A stretch of DNA of 64,000 bases, taken from assembly GCA_964646385.1 (NCBI GenBank), contig CAZYEC010000001.1, positions 10,335-74,334 on the forward strand, written 5' to 3'. Position 1 is the first letter of the stretch; every line of letters begins with the position of its first letter. Below, in pieces: positions 48,013 to 58,358 of this stretch. This stretch comes from an uncultured Eubacteriales bacterium (lineage in GTDB: Bacteria > Bacillota > Sulfobacillia > Fermentithermobacillales > Fermentithermobacillaceae). The position numbers were made by a program, and so were the translations under genes. Under the pieces are notes generated by a model. It worked only from the letters and a program-made list of their open reading frames with translations. It was not told where the DNA came from and searched no databases.

Positions 48013-48441
48013 GTGCGTCGATTCAAGGTCAGGGTCAATGACGAGGTATTTGAAGTGGAAGTCGAGGAACTGGGCCAGCTCGACAGGGGTCGGGCTACGG
48101 TGGCTGCGACACCCTTAGCACCTGCAGTCGCCCCAAGGGTGTCTGCCCCCAAACCGGCTTTACCGGTGGCGGGTCCCGTAACCGGACAAGCGCAACCTGC
48201 AACCCCGGCGGTAAAAGAGGATCGGAACACGGGGAACGTGGTCAGGGCCCCGATTCCCGGCGTGGTGAGCGAGGTCAGGGTATCTTCAGGCGCCAAGGTC
48301 AAACAAGGCGACGTATTGATTTTGCTTGAAGCCATGAAAATGCAAAACGAGATTTTGGCCCCTCAAGATGCCGTCATCGCCGAAGTAACCGTTGCACCGG
48401 GGGCATCTGTTCAGACCGGTGACGTGTTGGTCAAGTTCTGA
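48013..48441 (+). CDS. mmdC: Biotin carboxyl carrier protein subunit (MmdC-like).
   Basis: Ala/Pro linker and biotinyl domain with EAMKM. A GGAGG RBS lies 7 nt before the GTG at 48013. Confidence 0.8.
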   Translation: MRRFKVRVNDEVFEVEVEELGQLDRGRATVAATPLAPAVAPRVSAPKPALPVAGPVTGQAQPATPAVKEDRNTGNVVRAPIPGVVSEVRVSSGAKVKQGDVLILLEAMKMQNEILAPQDAVIAEVTVAPGASVQTGDVLVKF

Positions 48442-48488
48442 ACTGATCACTGTTAACAGCCGGTATTGGAAGGGAAGGTGCCCACATA

Positions 48489-49622
48489 GTGGATACATCA
48501 ATGGCTGCGAAACTGTGGCAATCGACCGGTCTGGCAAGTCTGGGTATTGGCGAATTGACTATGATTACCGTCGGCATTCTTTTATGTTATTTGGCTATAT
48601 TCAAAAAGTTCGAACCTCTGCTTCTCCTGCCCATCGGATTTGGTGCCATCTTGGCCAACCTTCCATTGGCGCCAATCATGACCCCACCGGACGGGGCCGT
48701 GCCCGGGGGGCTGTTTTACTACCTGTCCTTCGGGGTTGAAAAGGAGATTTTCCCACCGCTCATATTCTTGGGTGTGGGGGCAATGACGGATTTTGGGCCG
48801 CTTTTGGCAAACCCATCCACCATCATTTTAGGAGCAGCGGCTCAGGTTGGAGTGTTCATTGCTCTTCTTGCCGCCAAAGTTTTGGGTTTCACTCTCAGCC
48901 AGTCATCTGCAATAGGCATTATCGGAGGCGCAGACGGGCCCACGGCCATCTATACGGCCATGAAACTGGCTCCGGAGCTTTTGGGACCCATTGCCGTTGC
49001 GGCATACACGTACATGTCTTTGGTCCCTTTGATTCAACCGCCCATCATGAAGGCTCTTACCACCGAAAAAGAACGAAGAGTCGTCATGAAAGAAACGAGG
49101 CAGGTTTCCCAGACCGAAAAAATCATTTTCCCCATAGTTGTTACCATCGTGGTGAGTCTGCTACTGCCCGCCATCGCTCCTTTGGTGGGGCTTCTTATGC
49201 TGGGGAATCTCTTTAGAGAATGCGGTGTAGTGGAGCGGCTGGCAAAAACGGCCGCCAACGAGCTCAGCAACATAGTGGTGATTTTGTTGGCCACGTCGGT
49301 GGGCGCTACCATGAGCGCCGCCAACTTCTTGACTTTGGAGACTGTAAAGATCATCCTGTTGGGCGTGGTCGCGTTCATGGGAGGGACTGCCGGCGGAGTC
49401 TTGTTGGGAAAGGCCATGTATTATGTTACCAAAGGCAAGGTTAATCCCCTCATTGGTGCCGCGGGGGTATCGGCGGTGCCCATGGCTGCCCGAGTGGCCC
49501 AAGTGGAAGGCCAGAAGGCGAATCCTGAGAACTTTTTGTTGATGCACGCTATGGGGCCCAACGTTGCCGGGGTAATCGGGACGGCCGTGGCGGCAGGAGT
49601 CATGCTGACTCTCCTCAAGTGA
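48489..49622 (+). CDS. mmdB: Na+-translocating decarboxylase beta subunit (OadB/MmdB).
   Basis: OadB-family polytopic membrane protein of 377 aa. RBS GGAAGGGAAGG. Confidence 0.85.
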   Translation: MDTSMAAKLWQSTGLASLGIGELTMITVGILLCYLAIFKKFEPLLLLPIGFGAILANLPLAPIMTPPDGAVPGGLFYYLSFGVEKEIFPPLIFLGVGAMTDFGPLLANPSTIILGAAAQVGVFIALLAAKVLGFTLSQSSAIGIIGGADGPTAIYTAMKLAPELLGPIAVAAYTYMSLVPLIQPPIMKALTTEKERRVVMKETRQVSQTEKIIFPIVVTIVVSLLLPAIAPLVGLLMLGNLFRECGVVERLAKTAANELSNIVVILLATSVGATMSAANFLTLETVKIILLGVVAFMGGTAGGVLLGKAMYYVTKGKVNPLIGAAGVSAVPMAARVAQVEGQKANPENFLLMHAMGPNVAGVIGTAVAAGVMLTLLK

Positions 49623-49664
49623 TAGGGTCATCTTTCGAAGAAACGTGTGGGAGGGCGGAATAGT

Positions 49665-50078
49665 ATGGCAAGACAGATAAGGGTTCTTGTCGGCAAACCG
49701 GGCCTAGATGGACATGACCGGGGAGCAAAAGTGATTGCACGGGCCTATAGGGACGCAGGTATGGAGGTCATTTACAGCGGGCTGCACCGTACACCGGAGG
49801 AGCTCGCCCGGATGGCGGTGGAGGAGGACGTCGATGTTTTGGCGTTGTCAATCTTGTCGGGCGCTCATTTGACCCTGCTTCCAAGAGTGGTCGAATGCCT
49901 GCACAAAGAAAAAGCCATTGATTCTTTGGATGTATTGATTTTGGCAGGAGGAATCATACCGGAAGACGACATACCTCACCTCAAGGCAAAAGGTATAGAC
50001 GGGGTGTTTGGGCCTGGAACCAGCACTTTAGACATTGTGGAGTATACGAAAACGCATTTGAAGCGAAACGTGGCCTAG
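49665..50078 (+). CDS. Methylmalonyl-CoA mutase small subunit (C-terminal B12-binding domain).
   Basis: B12-binding DxHxxG motif ([11 protein letters not shown]) and the SILSGAH...GG pattern. 137 aa. It is followed by meaB. Confidence 0.85.
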   Translation: MARQIRVLVGKPGLDGHDRGAKVIARAYRDAGMEVIYSGLHRTPEELARMAVEEDVDVLALSILSGAHLTLLPRVVECLHKEKAIDSLDVLILAGGIIPEDDIPHLKAKGIDGVFGPGTSTLDIVEYTKTHLKRNVA

Positions 50079-50094
50079 GCACACAAGACACTGG

Positions 50095-51075
50095 ATGGTG
50101 GAAATGATGAACTCCGATCCCGGCGTCGTTAAGGCTAATGAGCTTTACCAGGGCATTGCAAGAAAGAGCCGTCCTCACCTTGCGAGGTCCATTTCTCTAG
50201 TGGAAAACGGCGCCGGGGAGGCCGTTCACCTTCTTGCAAACGCGTACAAACATAGAGGGCGGTCTTTCATCGTAGGCGTTACGGGGTCCCCCGGGGTTGG
50301 GAAATCTACTGTGGTCGATGGCCTTGTGACAGCCCTTCGTTCTTGCGGGCGCTCTGTAGGAGTAATAGCGGTGGATCCGTCTTCGCCTTTTACCGGCGGC
50401 GCAATTTTGGGGGATCGCGTGCGGATGCGATCCCACACGATGGATCCCAATGTGTTTTTCCGGAGCTTGGCAACCAGAGGCCACTTGGGAGGTGTCTCCC
50501 GCCACACCGGGGACGTAATTGCGCTGATGGACGCGTTTGGGTTCGATGACATAGTGGTGGAGACGGTCGGCGCCGGCCAGTCAGAGGTAGACATCATGAA
50601 ATATGCCGGAACCGTGATAGTTGTACTGGCCCCTAACTTGGGTGACGATGTGCAAGCCATAAAAGCGGGAATCCTGGAAATTGGCGATGTGTTTTGCATC
50701 AACAAAGCCGACTTGCCCGGTGCGGAAAAGACGCGGCGGGATATCGAGATGATGTTAAACCTCAGGGAGCCCGCCGACAGGCGCCCCCCGGTGGTATTGA
50801 CTCAAGCATCAGAAGGAAAAGGTCTAGACCGCCTTTTGGAAGCGCTTTCGGAACACAGGCAGTTTCTTTTGTCCTCCGGTGCCATTCGAGAAAAGGCTAG
50901 GGCAGCGAACCGGGCCGTGCTGGAAGAATACCTCAGGCATCTTACTGTGGAACGAGTGATGGCCGCTTCCGAACTTGACGGCGGTATGGAAGAAGCCCTG
51001 TCGGACTTGGCTGCCGGCAAGGTGGATCCCCTGACCTGTGCCGCCGACCTTGTGCGGCGTTATCTCATGCACTAG
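50095..51075 (+). CDS. meaB: Methylmalonyl-CoA mutase-associated GTPase MeaB (ArgK).
   Basis: P-loop GVTGSPGVGKST, and the G3E-family motifs DILLVETVGVGQSE and NKAD. Confidence 0.9.
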   Translation: MVEMMNSDPGVVKANELYQGIARKSRPHLARSISLVENGAGEAVHLLANAYKHRGRSFIVGVTGSPGVGKSTVVDGLVTALRSCGRSVGVIAVDPSSPFTGGAILGDRVRMRSHTMDPNVFFRSLATRGHLGGVSRHTGDVIALMDAFGFDDIVVETVGAGQSEVDIMKYAGTVIVVLAPNLGDDVQAIKAGILEIGDVFCINKADLPGAEKTRRDIEMMLNLREPADRRPPVVLTQASEGKGLDRLLEALSEHRQFLLSSGAIREKARAANRAVLEEYLRHLTVERVMAASELDGGMEEALSDLAAGKVDPLTCAADLVRRYLMH

Positions 51076-51100
51076 GGGCCGCGGCAGCGAGTTCCAGAGG

Positions 51101-52414
51101 CTATTCGGTACGCATCTTGCGAAAAATTGGGATGATTCTTCCCTGCAGGAGTTCCATCACAGTGCCTCGTTCTGCCATGGCCCTGGGCACAAACGTGGCG
51201 CCCGCCAGAAGGCCCGCCGACAGGGTTATTCCCTTAAAAACTACATCCCAGGGCAACTCTATGAAATTCCCTGTAATTCCCTTCAGATAACTGCTTGTTA
51301 TCGCGAAAGCCCCTAAAATGCCCAGTGCAGTCCCGAAGATTCCCGCAAACACCACTTCCAAAGACACTGTGACAGATGTGTGTCTGTTGTCTATCCCCAG
51401 AGTCTTCATGATCCCCAGCTCATGACGCCTGTCCAGAAAAGCCGTGAACATGCTTGCGAAAATGCCTATTGCCCCCAAAGCGAAAGCGTTTAAGGTGTTG
51501 GAGAAAACCGGGGAAGCGATATGGCTTGTGGCAGATTCCATGAGCTTTACTGGCAAGTCTGGCGTCCATGATGTCTTTGGAGGGGGTATGACGGGCACTT
51601 CCGTCCCGGGCAAGTCCGGATACAAAGACCTCCAAAAATACAACACGCTCTCTGCTTTAGCAGGCTCCGTCAAGCCCAGAAAAATAGTGTTGGGAACAGG
51701 CCAAGGCATCACCACGCATTTCGGGTTCAGGGTAGGGTATGATTCGACCCGGTTCACGGCCAGATAACTCACATAACCTGAAATCATTGGAGTTTTGGGG
51801 GCGTATACCCCCACAACCAAAGTGTTGCAAACGGGGAGGGGATCCCTTATGTCTTTGATGATTCTGTCTTGAACGTACTGTTTGGGGATGATAGAAGAAG
51901 GTTTAATCAAAAGAAGCTCGGATCCCACCGCGGCCCCGGCACGGGCCAAATCTTGGGGGACCAGAATCTCGTGAGAGGCACCGGGCAAGCGGCCCTCAAG
52001 AAGGTCTACTTCATCCCACAAAGGGGCGCCAGGTTCTATGGAAAGGAGCTCCCGGTTCCCGTACCTGGAAAAGATTTCTTGACAAAGGGCTACGCTAAGG
52101 CTTTTGACTCCATCCAGATGTCTGATTCTGCTCAGTTCTTCTTCATTAAACAGCGGCACGTATTTTCTGGGCGGCGGAAATTCTTCATCGGGTGAAAGGG
52201 GCGGATTTGAGTAGTATGCGTAAATGACAGTTGTTTTTAGATAGGGGAAATTGAGGGGTTCAGTTGTAGCAACGGAGACTTTGGAAGCGTCACGCCAGTA
52301 AGAGCCGACAACAAGGTATCCTGTCAGTGTGAAAGCCACCAACAAGGTCATAACAAGGTAAGAACCGATCCTGTTGCGAAACCCGCGTCTTGCCAAATAC
52401 AGGCTGTCGAGCAT
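51101..52414 (-). CDS. ABC transporter permease, FtsX/MacB family.
   Basis: N-terminal TM helix, a large extracytoplasmic domain and a C-terminal three-TM FtsX domain. No ATPase gene is adjacent. Confidence 0.8.
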   Translation of the reverse strand: MLDSLYLARRGFRNRIGSYLVMTLLVAFTLTGYLVVGSYWRDASKVSVATTEPLNFPYLKTTVIYAYYSNPPLSPDEEFPPPRKYVPLFNEEELSRIRHLDGVKSLSVALCQEIFSRYGNRELLSIEPGAPLWDEVDLLEGRLPGASHEILVPQDLARAGAAVGSELLLIKPSSIIPKQYVQDRIIKDIRDPLPVCNTLVVGVYAPKTPMISGYVSYLAVNRVESYPTLNPKCVVMPWPVPNTIFLGLTEPAKAESVLYFWRSLYPDLPGTEVPVIPPPKTSWTPDLPVKLMESATSHIASPVFSNTLNAFALGAIGIFASMFTAFLDRRHELGIMKTLGIDNRHTSVTVSLEVVFAGIFGTALGILGAFAITSSYLKGITGNFIELPWDVVFKGITLSAGLLAGATFVPRAMAERGTVMELLQGRIIPIFRKMRTE

Positions 52415-52448
52415 GATCTATTCCCCCACGGTACAACCTGAACGTTGC

Positions 52449-53846
52449 CTAGTCACCCCGAAGAATTTGGGCGGGCGATACTTTAAGTGCTTTGGTTACG
52501 GGAAGGAAACCGAATATCAGTGCCGAGGCAACTGCGAAACCCAGACTCCGGCCCGCTGTGGAAGCCGCCTTTTGAAACACCACATCCCAACCAAGTTTGT
52601 TTGACAGAAGGTTCCAAAATAAGGCCGGTTGGGTTAAGATGCTGCCCGCCGTGCTACCAACCACCGCAACCCATATCGACTCGGTCATAACCATACAAAC
52701 AATGTTCCACGGGGTAGCCCCGATGGACCTCAAAATGCCGATTTCCGTTCTGCGTTGAAGCATCAATACTGTGAGATTGGTTGCTGCCAAAAGCGCCGCC
52801 GTGAGAAACGCCAGGGCTTCCGTGACTCTGCGCATGTCCAAAGGCACACCTCCGGGGAAGCCCGTTTTGTCCGCCGAGGCCGCAGCCAAAGCGGGCGACG
52901 TTATCACGGTGAAGTCGACGAACTCTCTTCGCAAAAGGGAGGCCACGTTGTCCAAGGTCGACATGTCATTCACAGTTACTCCGATGCCCCAAACCGTGTC
53001 GTCTTCGCAGTAGCCTGCATCCCGGGAAAGTGAATTGAAAGTCTCGGATGTTACGAAAACTGATGGGTTGGCGTGTTGTACGGCAGGTGGCAGGCCCGCC
53101 TCCTGAAAAGAAACCGCTCCCAGGATCTGAAGCGGTACTTTCAGAGAATTCTCGAAGTCCCTGTAAGATCTGCCGTCGTCCCCGAAAAAAGCACGGGGAA
53201 TCTCCAGCATCAAGATCTTGTCTTCAGGCAAGCCTATTTTGTGCCACCCATTGCAGACTACGCCCACTAATTGGCCACTGTCTTTGGGCTCCAGATAACG
53301 GCCGCTTCCCAGAAGGGCTGCTTCCATTCGCCAGATCTCGCAGTCCGCGGAGACGTCCCTGGGCTCCAGGAAGCCATAGGCAAATTCCAGGTTTGAATGG
53401 TCGCGGTAGCCGAACAGAAAAGGCAAAGCCCGCCTAACAGCGGCCGAAAGAACTGCGGGATTGTCTTGCAGGCGAAAGACCGCTTCTCTCATCTGTTTTG
53501 CGTCGGGGACGGGTCCGGCCTGGAATTCGCCGCGTATGTTTCCACGGTAGTAAGGGTTCACATCGAAACCGAAAGACGAATTAGGGGTATCTAAACTAGC
53601 CTTTTGGAAACGCCACGTCCAGTTGGCCGATGCCAGTTCGTCTCTGGAAACCACTGTTTTCCCCGGGAAAAGAAGTATGTCCGCCCCCAACAGCTGCCTG
53701 GCCTCGAAATACGCAGTTGAAGGGAAACCTTGGCTTAAGGTTGCGCTGGATGCGAAAATTATGGCGGCTACGGCCATGCTGACCATGCCCAATAGGGTGC
53801 GGCCCTTGTTGTGCCAAGCGTTAACCAGCCCCAGGGATACGAACAC
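52449..53846 (-). CDS. ABC transporter permease, FtsX/MacB family (second, in tandem).
   Basis: Same architecture as the first permease. GTG start with a GGGAGGGG RBS. Confidence 0.8.
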   Translation of the reverse strand: MFVSLGLVNAWHNKGRTLLGMVSMAVAAIIFASSATLSQGFPSTAYFEARQLLGADILLFPGKTVVSRDELASANWTWRFQKASLDTPNSSFGFDVNPYYRGNIRGEFQAGPVPDAKQMREAVFRLQDNPAVLSAAVRRALPFLFGYRDHSNLEFAYGFLEPRDVSADCEIWRMEAALLGSGRYLEPKDSGQLVGVVCNGWHKIGLPEDKILMLEIPRAFFGDDGRSYRDFENSLKVPLQILGAVSFQEAGLPPAVQHANPSVFVTSETFNSLSRDAGYCEDDTVWGIGVTVNDMSTLDNVASLLRREFVDFTVITSPALAAASADKTGFPGGVPLDMRRVTEALAFLTAALLAATNLTVLMLQRRTEIGILRSIGATPWNIVCMVMTESIWVAVVGSTAGSILTQPALFWNLLSNKLGWDVVFQKAASTAGRSLGFAVASALIFGFLPVTKALKVSPAQILRGD

Positions 53847-53926
53847 AGATTTGCCCCTCCCACCGGGTTTTCCACTCGTTCAGAGTTTTCTTGCTTGTCA
53901 GCGATATTCCTTCAAAAGCAAGTATC

Positions 53927-53955
53927 TTGACCAAACTTGGTAAAATACCTATGAT
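53927..53955 (+). promoter_or_regulatory. Sigma-A promoter for hspR-dnaK-grpE (TTGACC-N17-TATGAT).
   Basis: Consensus-like hexamers with a 17-nt spacer, about 65 nt upstream of hspR. Confidence 0.5.
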
Positions 53956-54018
53956 ATTTTTTGAACAAACTTATATGAGACTGGCAAGAATCTTAGTAGT
54001 GTTTTGGGGGGTGAAACG

Positions 54019-54360
54019 TTGGGCCCTTTTCACGGTCCCAAAGACCCTGTGTATACGATAAGCGTTGCGGCCAGGCTTCTTGGCGTGAACCCGCAGTTCT
54101 TGAGACAAATTGAGGCGGAAGGGCTTGCGATGCCTGCCAGGACGGGGTCGAACATCCGCTTGTATTCCGATAATGATCTCAGGCTTTTGGCCAGAATCAT
54201 TTATCTTTCGAGGGATTGCGGCATCAATTTGCAGGGCGTGCGAGTCATTTTGGCCATGGAAGAAGGCGATGCCCCGAAAGAGCCCACCGGCCTCTCACGC
54301 CAAGAGACTTTATCAGAGCAAGGCCGTAGCAGTCACAACGATTTTGTGAAGAAGATTTGA
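54019..54360 (+). CDS. hspR: MerR-family heat-shock repressor HspR.
   Basis: MerR HTH ([24 protein letters not shown]) immediately upstream of dnaK. RBS GGGGGGTGA. Confidence 0.75.
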   Translation: MGPFHGPKDPVYTISVAARLLGVNPQFLRQIEAEGLAMPARTGSNIRLYSDNDLRLLARIIYLSRDCGINLQGVRVILAMEEGDAPKEPTGLSRQETLSEQGRSSHNDFVKKI

Positions 54361-54382
54361 CCAACCGGGTGGAGGTGTGTTT

Positions 54383-56359
54383 ATGTCCAAAATTGTCGGC
54401 ATCGACTTGGGTACAACAAATTCTGTGATCGCAGTAATGGAGGGTTCTGAGCCCACGGTAGTAATCAACGCGGAAGGTTCTCGCCTGACTCCCTCCGTGG
54501 TGGGATTCACCAGGAACAAGGAAAAACTGGTGGGGCAACTTGCCAGAAGGCAAGCGGTGCTAAATCCCACAAATACGGTATCTTCTATAAAACGGTTTAT
54601 GGGTCGTCGTCACGGTGAGATTCCTATGGATCGGGACAGAATTCCTTATGAGGTTCGGAGGGGAAGACATGACGAAGTTAGGGTTTACGTCCCTTCCATC
54701 GATAACGAGATAACTCCGGAAGAGCTGTCCGCCCATATTTTGAGAAAACTCAAAGAGGATGCCGAAAAGTACTTAGGCGAATCGGTGACCCAGGCGGTCA
54801 TCACTGTGCCCGCGTATTTCAACGATTCTCAAAGGCAAGCCACAAAAGACGCCGGGCGTATAGCGGGTCTGGAAGTTCTGAGGATTATAAATGAGCCCAC
54901 TGCTGCCTCGCTTGCTTACGGAATCGACAAAAAGACAAACGAGAAAATCCTGGTTTGGGATTTGGGCGGGGGAACTTTCGATGTATCTTTGCTGGAAGTG
55001 GGGGACGGTGTTCTTGAGGTGCTTGCTACTTCGGGGGACACCCATCTGGGCGGTGATGATTACGATCAGCGCGTTGTGGGCTATATTGCGGAGGAGTTCC
55101 GTAAGGAAAGTGGCGTAGATCTTCGTAAAGACCGGCAGGCTCTTCAAAGACTGATCGAGGGGGCTGAAAAGGCCAAGATTGAGCTGTCCTCTGTTCTTGA
55201 AACGGCGGTTAGCCTGCCTTTCATCACCGCCGTCGATGGGCAGCCCCTGCACCTGGAAGTGAAGGTGACCCGGGCAAAACTGGAGGAACTCACTGAGGAT
55301 TTGACCCAACGTTGCGTTAAACCGTTCCGGCAGGTGCTAAGTGATGCCAAATTGGACGCCTCAGATTTGGACGAAGTCATTCTGGTGGGCGGCACGACCC
55401 GCATGCCCAGGATACAGCAGCTGGTCAAAACCTTGACAGGAAAAGAGCCCAACCGCAGCGTTAACCCGGACGAAGTGGTGGCAATGGGGGCTGCCATTCA
55501 AGGCGGGGTGCTTGCGGGAGACGTCAAGGATATTGTTCTGCTTGATGTCACGCCTTTGACCTTGGGCGTGGAGACGTTGGGGAACGTCATGACCCCTGTT
55601 ATCAAGAGGAACACCACCATTCCCGTGAAGAGAAGTCAAGTTTTTACCACAACAGCAGATTTTCAACCCCAAGTGGAAATTCATATCCTGCAAGGAGAGC
55701 GGCAGCTTTCAAGAGACAACCGGTCTTTGGGGCGGTTCATGTTGTCCGGAATCCCACCTGCTCCGAGAGGTGTGCCCCAAATCGAAGTGTCCTTCGATAT
55801 CGACGTTAACGGAATTCTGAAAGTGACCGCCAAAGATATGGGGACGGGTACCCAGCAGAACATAACGATCAAAGCTTCTACCCAGTTGCCCAGAGATGAA
55901 GTGGACAAATTGGTAGACGATGCGGAACGCCACGCTGAAGAAGACCGGCAGGCAAGAGAGGCCATCGACGCAAAGAACGAGCTGGAACAGCGAATTTATA
56001 CGGTGGAAAAGAGCCTGAAAGATGCCGGCGACAAACTTGCGACGGAAGACAAGTCCAAGGTAGAGAAGGCTTTGGAAAATGCCAAGGAATCCTTGAAAAC
56101 GGAGAACGTGGAGAGGATGCGCAAAGCGACCGAGGAGCTTCTCGATGCCGCATCCAAACTGGCCGAAGAACTATACAAGCAGGCTTCCGCCAAGGGAGAA
56201 GCGGAAGCAAATGCAACCGGAGAGCCGGCAGAAGGGGACTCAAAGCCGCCGGGCGACGATGTGTTTGACGCAGAGTTCGAAGAAAAAGACGTGAAGAAAG
56301 ACGAAAAGAAAGACGAAAAGAAAGACGAAAAGAAAGACGAAAAGGGCGATGTCAATTGA
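54383..56359 (+). CDS. dnaK: Molecular chaperone DnaK.
   Basis: [10 protein letters not shown] and DLGGGTFD Hsp70 signatures. A C-terminal (KKDE)n tail. Confidence 0.95.
   Translation: MSKIVGIDLGTTNSVIAVMEGSEPTVVINAEGSRLTPSVVGFTRNKEKLVGQLARRQAVLNPTNTVSSIKRFMGRRHGEIPMDRDRIPYEVRRGRHDEVRVYVPSIDNEITPEELSAHILRKLKEDAEKYLGESVTQAVITVPAYFNDSQRQATKDAGRIAGLEVLRIINEPTAASLAYGIDKKTNEKILVWDLGGGTFDVSLLEVGDGVLEVLATSGDTHLGGDDYDQRVVGYIAEEFRKESGVDLRKDRQALQRLIEGAEKAKIELSSVLETAVSLPFITAVDGQPLHLEVKVTRAKLEELTEDLTQRCVKPFRQVLSDAKLDASDLDEVILVGGTTRMPRIQQLVKTLTGKEPNRSVNPDEVVAMGAAIQGGVLAGDVKDIVLLDVTPLTLGVETLGNVMTPVIKRNTTIPVKRSQVFTTTADFQPQVEIHILQGERQLSRDNRSLGRFMLSGIPPAPRGVPQIEVSFDIDVNGILKVTAKDMGTGTQQNITIKASTQLPRDEVDKLVDDAERHAEEDRQAREAIDAKNELEQRIYTVEKSLKDAGDKLATEDKSKVEKALENAKESLKTENVERMRKATEELLDAASKLAEELYKQASAKGEAEANATGEPAEGDSKPPGDDVFDAEFEEKDVKKDEKKDEKKDEKKDEKGDVN
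56296..56343 (+). repeat. 12-bp tandem repeat (GACGAAAAGAAA-type unit) x4 at the dnaK 3' end.
   Basis: Direct tandem copies encoding [16 protein letters not shown] in the DnaK tail. Confidence 0.8.
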
Positions 56360-57048
56360 GGCCGCTAAATCCCGGACCTGAAGAAAAGATCCCGTCTGCG
56401 GAATGCACCAAGACCGTGCCCTCTCCTTCAGAAGAAATGCCGGAACAGGTTTGCAGTGAAGAAAAGCAGGTTGACGATTTCAACGAGCAGTTGTGCCAGA
56501 TGAGAGCCGAACTGGAACAGGCGCGGGCAACAATTGGTTTTCTTCAAAATGAGCTCGAAGCGCTAGGGGTCGAGCGAGACGATTGGAGATCAAAAACCGC
56601 TGATATGCAAGATAGGTTCCTCAGGGCCAAGAGCGATCTTGACGGGTTTCGCAAGCGAACGCAAAGGGATTTTGAGGACAGGGTGACCAGGGCCATGTCG
56701 GATTTCGTGCTAAGGCTGATTGAGGTAGCAGACAATTTCGACAGGTCTTTGGAAGCGTTTCAGGGGATGTCCACCCAAGCGGACAGGTCAGAGGGGCAGG
56801 GCCCCGGGGTTGAATCCTTTCTCAAAGGGGTTGCCATGATAAGGGAACAACTGCTGTCCGTCCTGTCAAAAGAAGGGGTCAAGCCGATTCCATCACCTGT
56901 CGGGCAAACAATGGATCCTGAATTTCACGAAGCGGTGGAAGCCCGGGAAGGTGGCGGGGAACACGGTACTGTTCTTGAGGAAATGCAGAAAGGCTACAGT
57001 TACAAAAACCTTGTCTTGAGGGCTACCAAGGTGCGAGTTATCAGGTAA
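56356..57048 (+). CDS. grpE: Nucleotide exchange factor GrpE.
   Basis: GrpE signature region ([13 protein letters not shown]....[19 protein letters not shown]). TTGA overlap with the dnaK stop. Confidence 0.85.
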   Translation: MRPLNPGPEEKIPSAECTKTVPSPSEEMPEQVCSEEKQVDDFNEQLCQMRAELEQARATIGFLQNELEALGVERDDWRSKTADMQDRFLRAKSDLDGFRKRTQRDFEDRVTRAMSDFVLRLIEVADNFDRSLEAFQGMSTQADRSEGQGPGVESFLKGVAMIREQLLSVLSKEGVKPIPSPVGQTMDPEFHEAVEAREGGGEHGTVLEEMQKGYSYKNLVLRATKVRVIR

Positions 57049-57069
57049 CGGCGGGAATTGTCGCAAACC

Positions 57070-57088
57070 GGGCCGGCTCGTCCGGCCC
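57070..57088. terminator. Bidirectional terminator hairpin between grpE and the convergent BadF-type gene.
   Basis: GGGCCGG-ctcgt-CCGGCCC, flanked by T/A-rich sequence. Confidence 0.5.
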
Positions 57089-58096
57089 TTATTCACTCTT
57101 CCCACGAGAAAAAAAAGCGAGAACCTTTTCTCGAGCCGGGCCGAGATGGTCGGAACCGGCATTTTCCAAAGCTAAAAGATATGCGCCGCCGGCAGGTTCC
57201 ATTTTGGGGAAACGGAACACAGTCTGTGGGGCAAATCGCCGGCAGGCAGACTTGAAAGCGGTTACCATACAAGTGGTAACGGTAATCCCCTTGGTGAAAG
57301 TGCTTCCCGCCAGCACTACATCTGCCTCGATTTCTCCCATATCCATGTTTCTTACCAGACGCCCCATAATCTCCCCCATGGTCTCGCCGATGTTCGACAG
57401 AATACGTTGGGAGATCCGGTCTCCTTCAGAAGCCAGCTGAAAAACGGCAGGAACTAGACTGGCTCCTCGCCGGTACAAAGGGGCAAATCGGGAGTCAAGC
57501 CGATAGAGGTAAAGAGACAAGTCATCGTAGGATGCGAAATCAAGCAAATCCAGGACTGCCGTTTCCAGACAGGTTTTTGGCCCGGTGCCGTCGTGAGATC
57601 TGAACGCGTGGTGCAAGGCCGATCTGATGATGCTCGTGGCTCCGCCTTTGGAACCCCACTCGTAGCCCATGCCCCTTCCGGTTACTTCTTTGCCGCCGGG
57701 CCCTCTGACCCCATAGTTGAAACCCGTTCCCGAAATGACAACCGCACCAAATTTCTTTTCTGTACCGGCTTTGAAAGCCACCCAAGTGTCGTTGGCAAGT
57801 TGAAACGGAAGGCCCGGAAACGCCAGCATCAGTGCTTTTCGAAGGGTCACGAAATCTTGCGGATAATCGGCGCCTGCCAGTCCGAAAACTGCACCGGTCA
57901 GGTCTTTCGGCGAAATTCCCGAGGACTTCAGCGAGCCGCTTACAGCTGTTTTCAGATTCGCCATGGTTTGCTCGAGGCCTACCAGCTGGTAGTTGGTCGG
58001 CCCTCCCAAGCCTTGGCCGGTTATTTCCCCTGTTTCATCCCCGGCAATGGAAAGCGTTTCGGTGGCGCCCCCATCAACGCCCAAAAAGATTTTCAT
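57089..58096 (-). CDS. BadF/BadG/BcrA/BcrD-type ATPase (N-acetylglucosamine-kinase-like).
   Basis: MKIFLGVDGGATET ASKHA fold start. The longer ORF-track N-terminus is probably not translated. Confidence 0.7.
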   Translation of the reverse strand: MKIFLGVDGGATETLSIAGDETGEITGQGLGGPTNYQLVGLEQTMANLKTAVSGSLKSSGISPKDLTGAVFGLAGADYPQDFVTLRKALMLAFPGLPFQLANDTWVAFKAGTEKKFGAVVISGTGFNYGVRGPGGKEVTGRGMGYEWGSKGGATSIIRSALHHAFRSHDGTGPKTCLETAVLDLLDFASYDDLSLYLYRLDSRFAPLYRRGASLVPAVFQLASEGDRISQRILSNIGETMGEIMGRLVRNMDMGEIEADVVLAGSTFTKGITVTTCMVTAFKSACRRFAPQTVFRFPKMEPAGGAYLLALENAGSDHLGPAREKVLAFFSRGKSE

Positions 58097-58358
58097 GGGT
58101 GCTCCTTTCCAAAATACCGTCTCAGCCCACGACAGATAAGATGCCCAAATATCCCGTGCTTCACATGTCAAATGTATCTGCCATGATGTGCAAGTGAATT
58201 TGAGCTTCGTCAGGCAAGACTTGAATCCTGCCAGCCGAAAAGGTGCCGGCGGCCGTCGGATTTTTGGACAAGTCATTGCCGTTGACACCTTCTGGCACGT
58301 ATATCTACCATGTGGCCAGACAACATTTCAAAATGTTTCTCGTGGGGGGTGTTTTCTC

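Noticed and set aside
53847-54380. Canonical CIRCE or HAIR heat-shock operators near hspR-dnaK.
   Set aside because: Neither TTAGCACTC-N9-GAGTGCTAA nor CTTGAGT-N7-ACTCAAG occurs. Only a non-canonical 7-bp inverted repeat was found.
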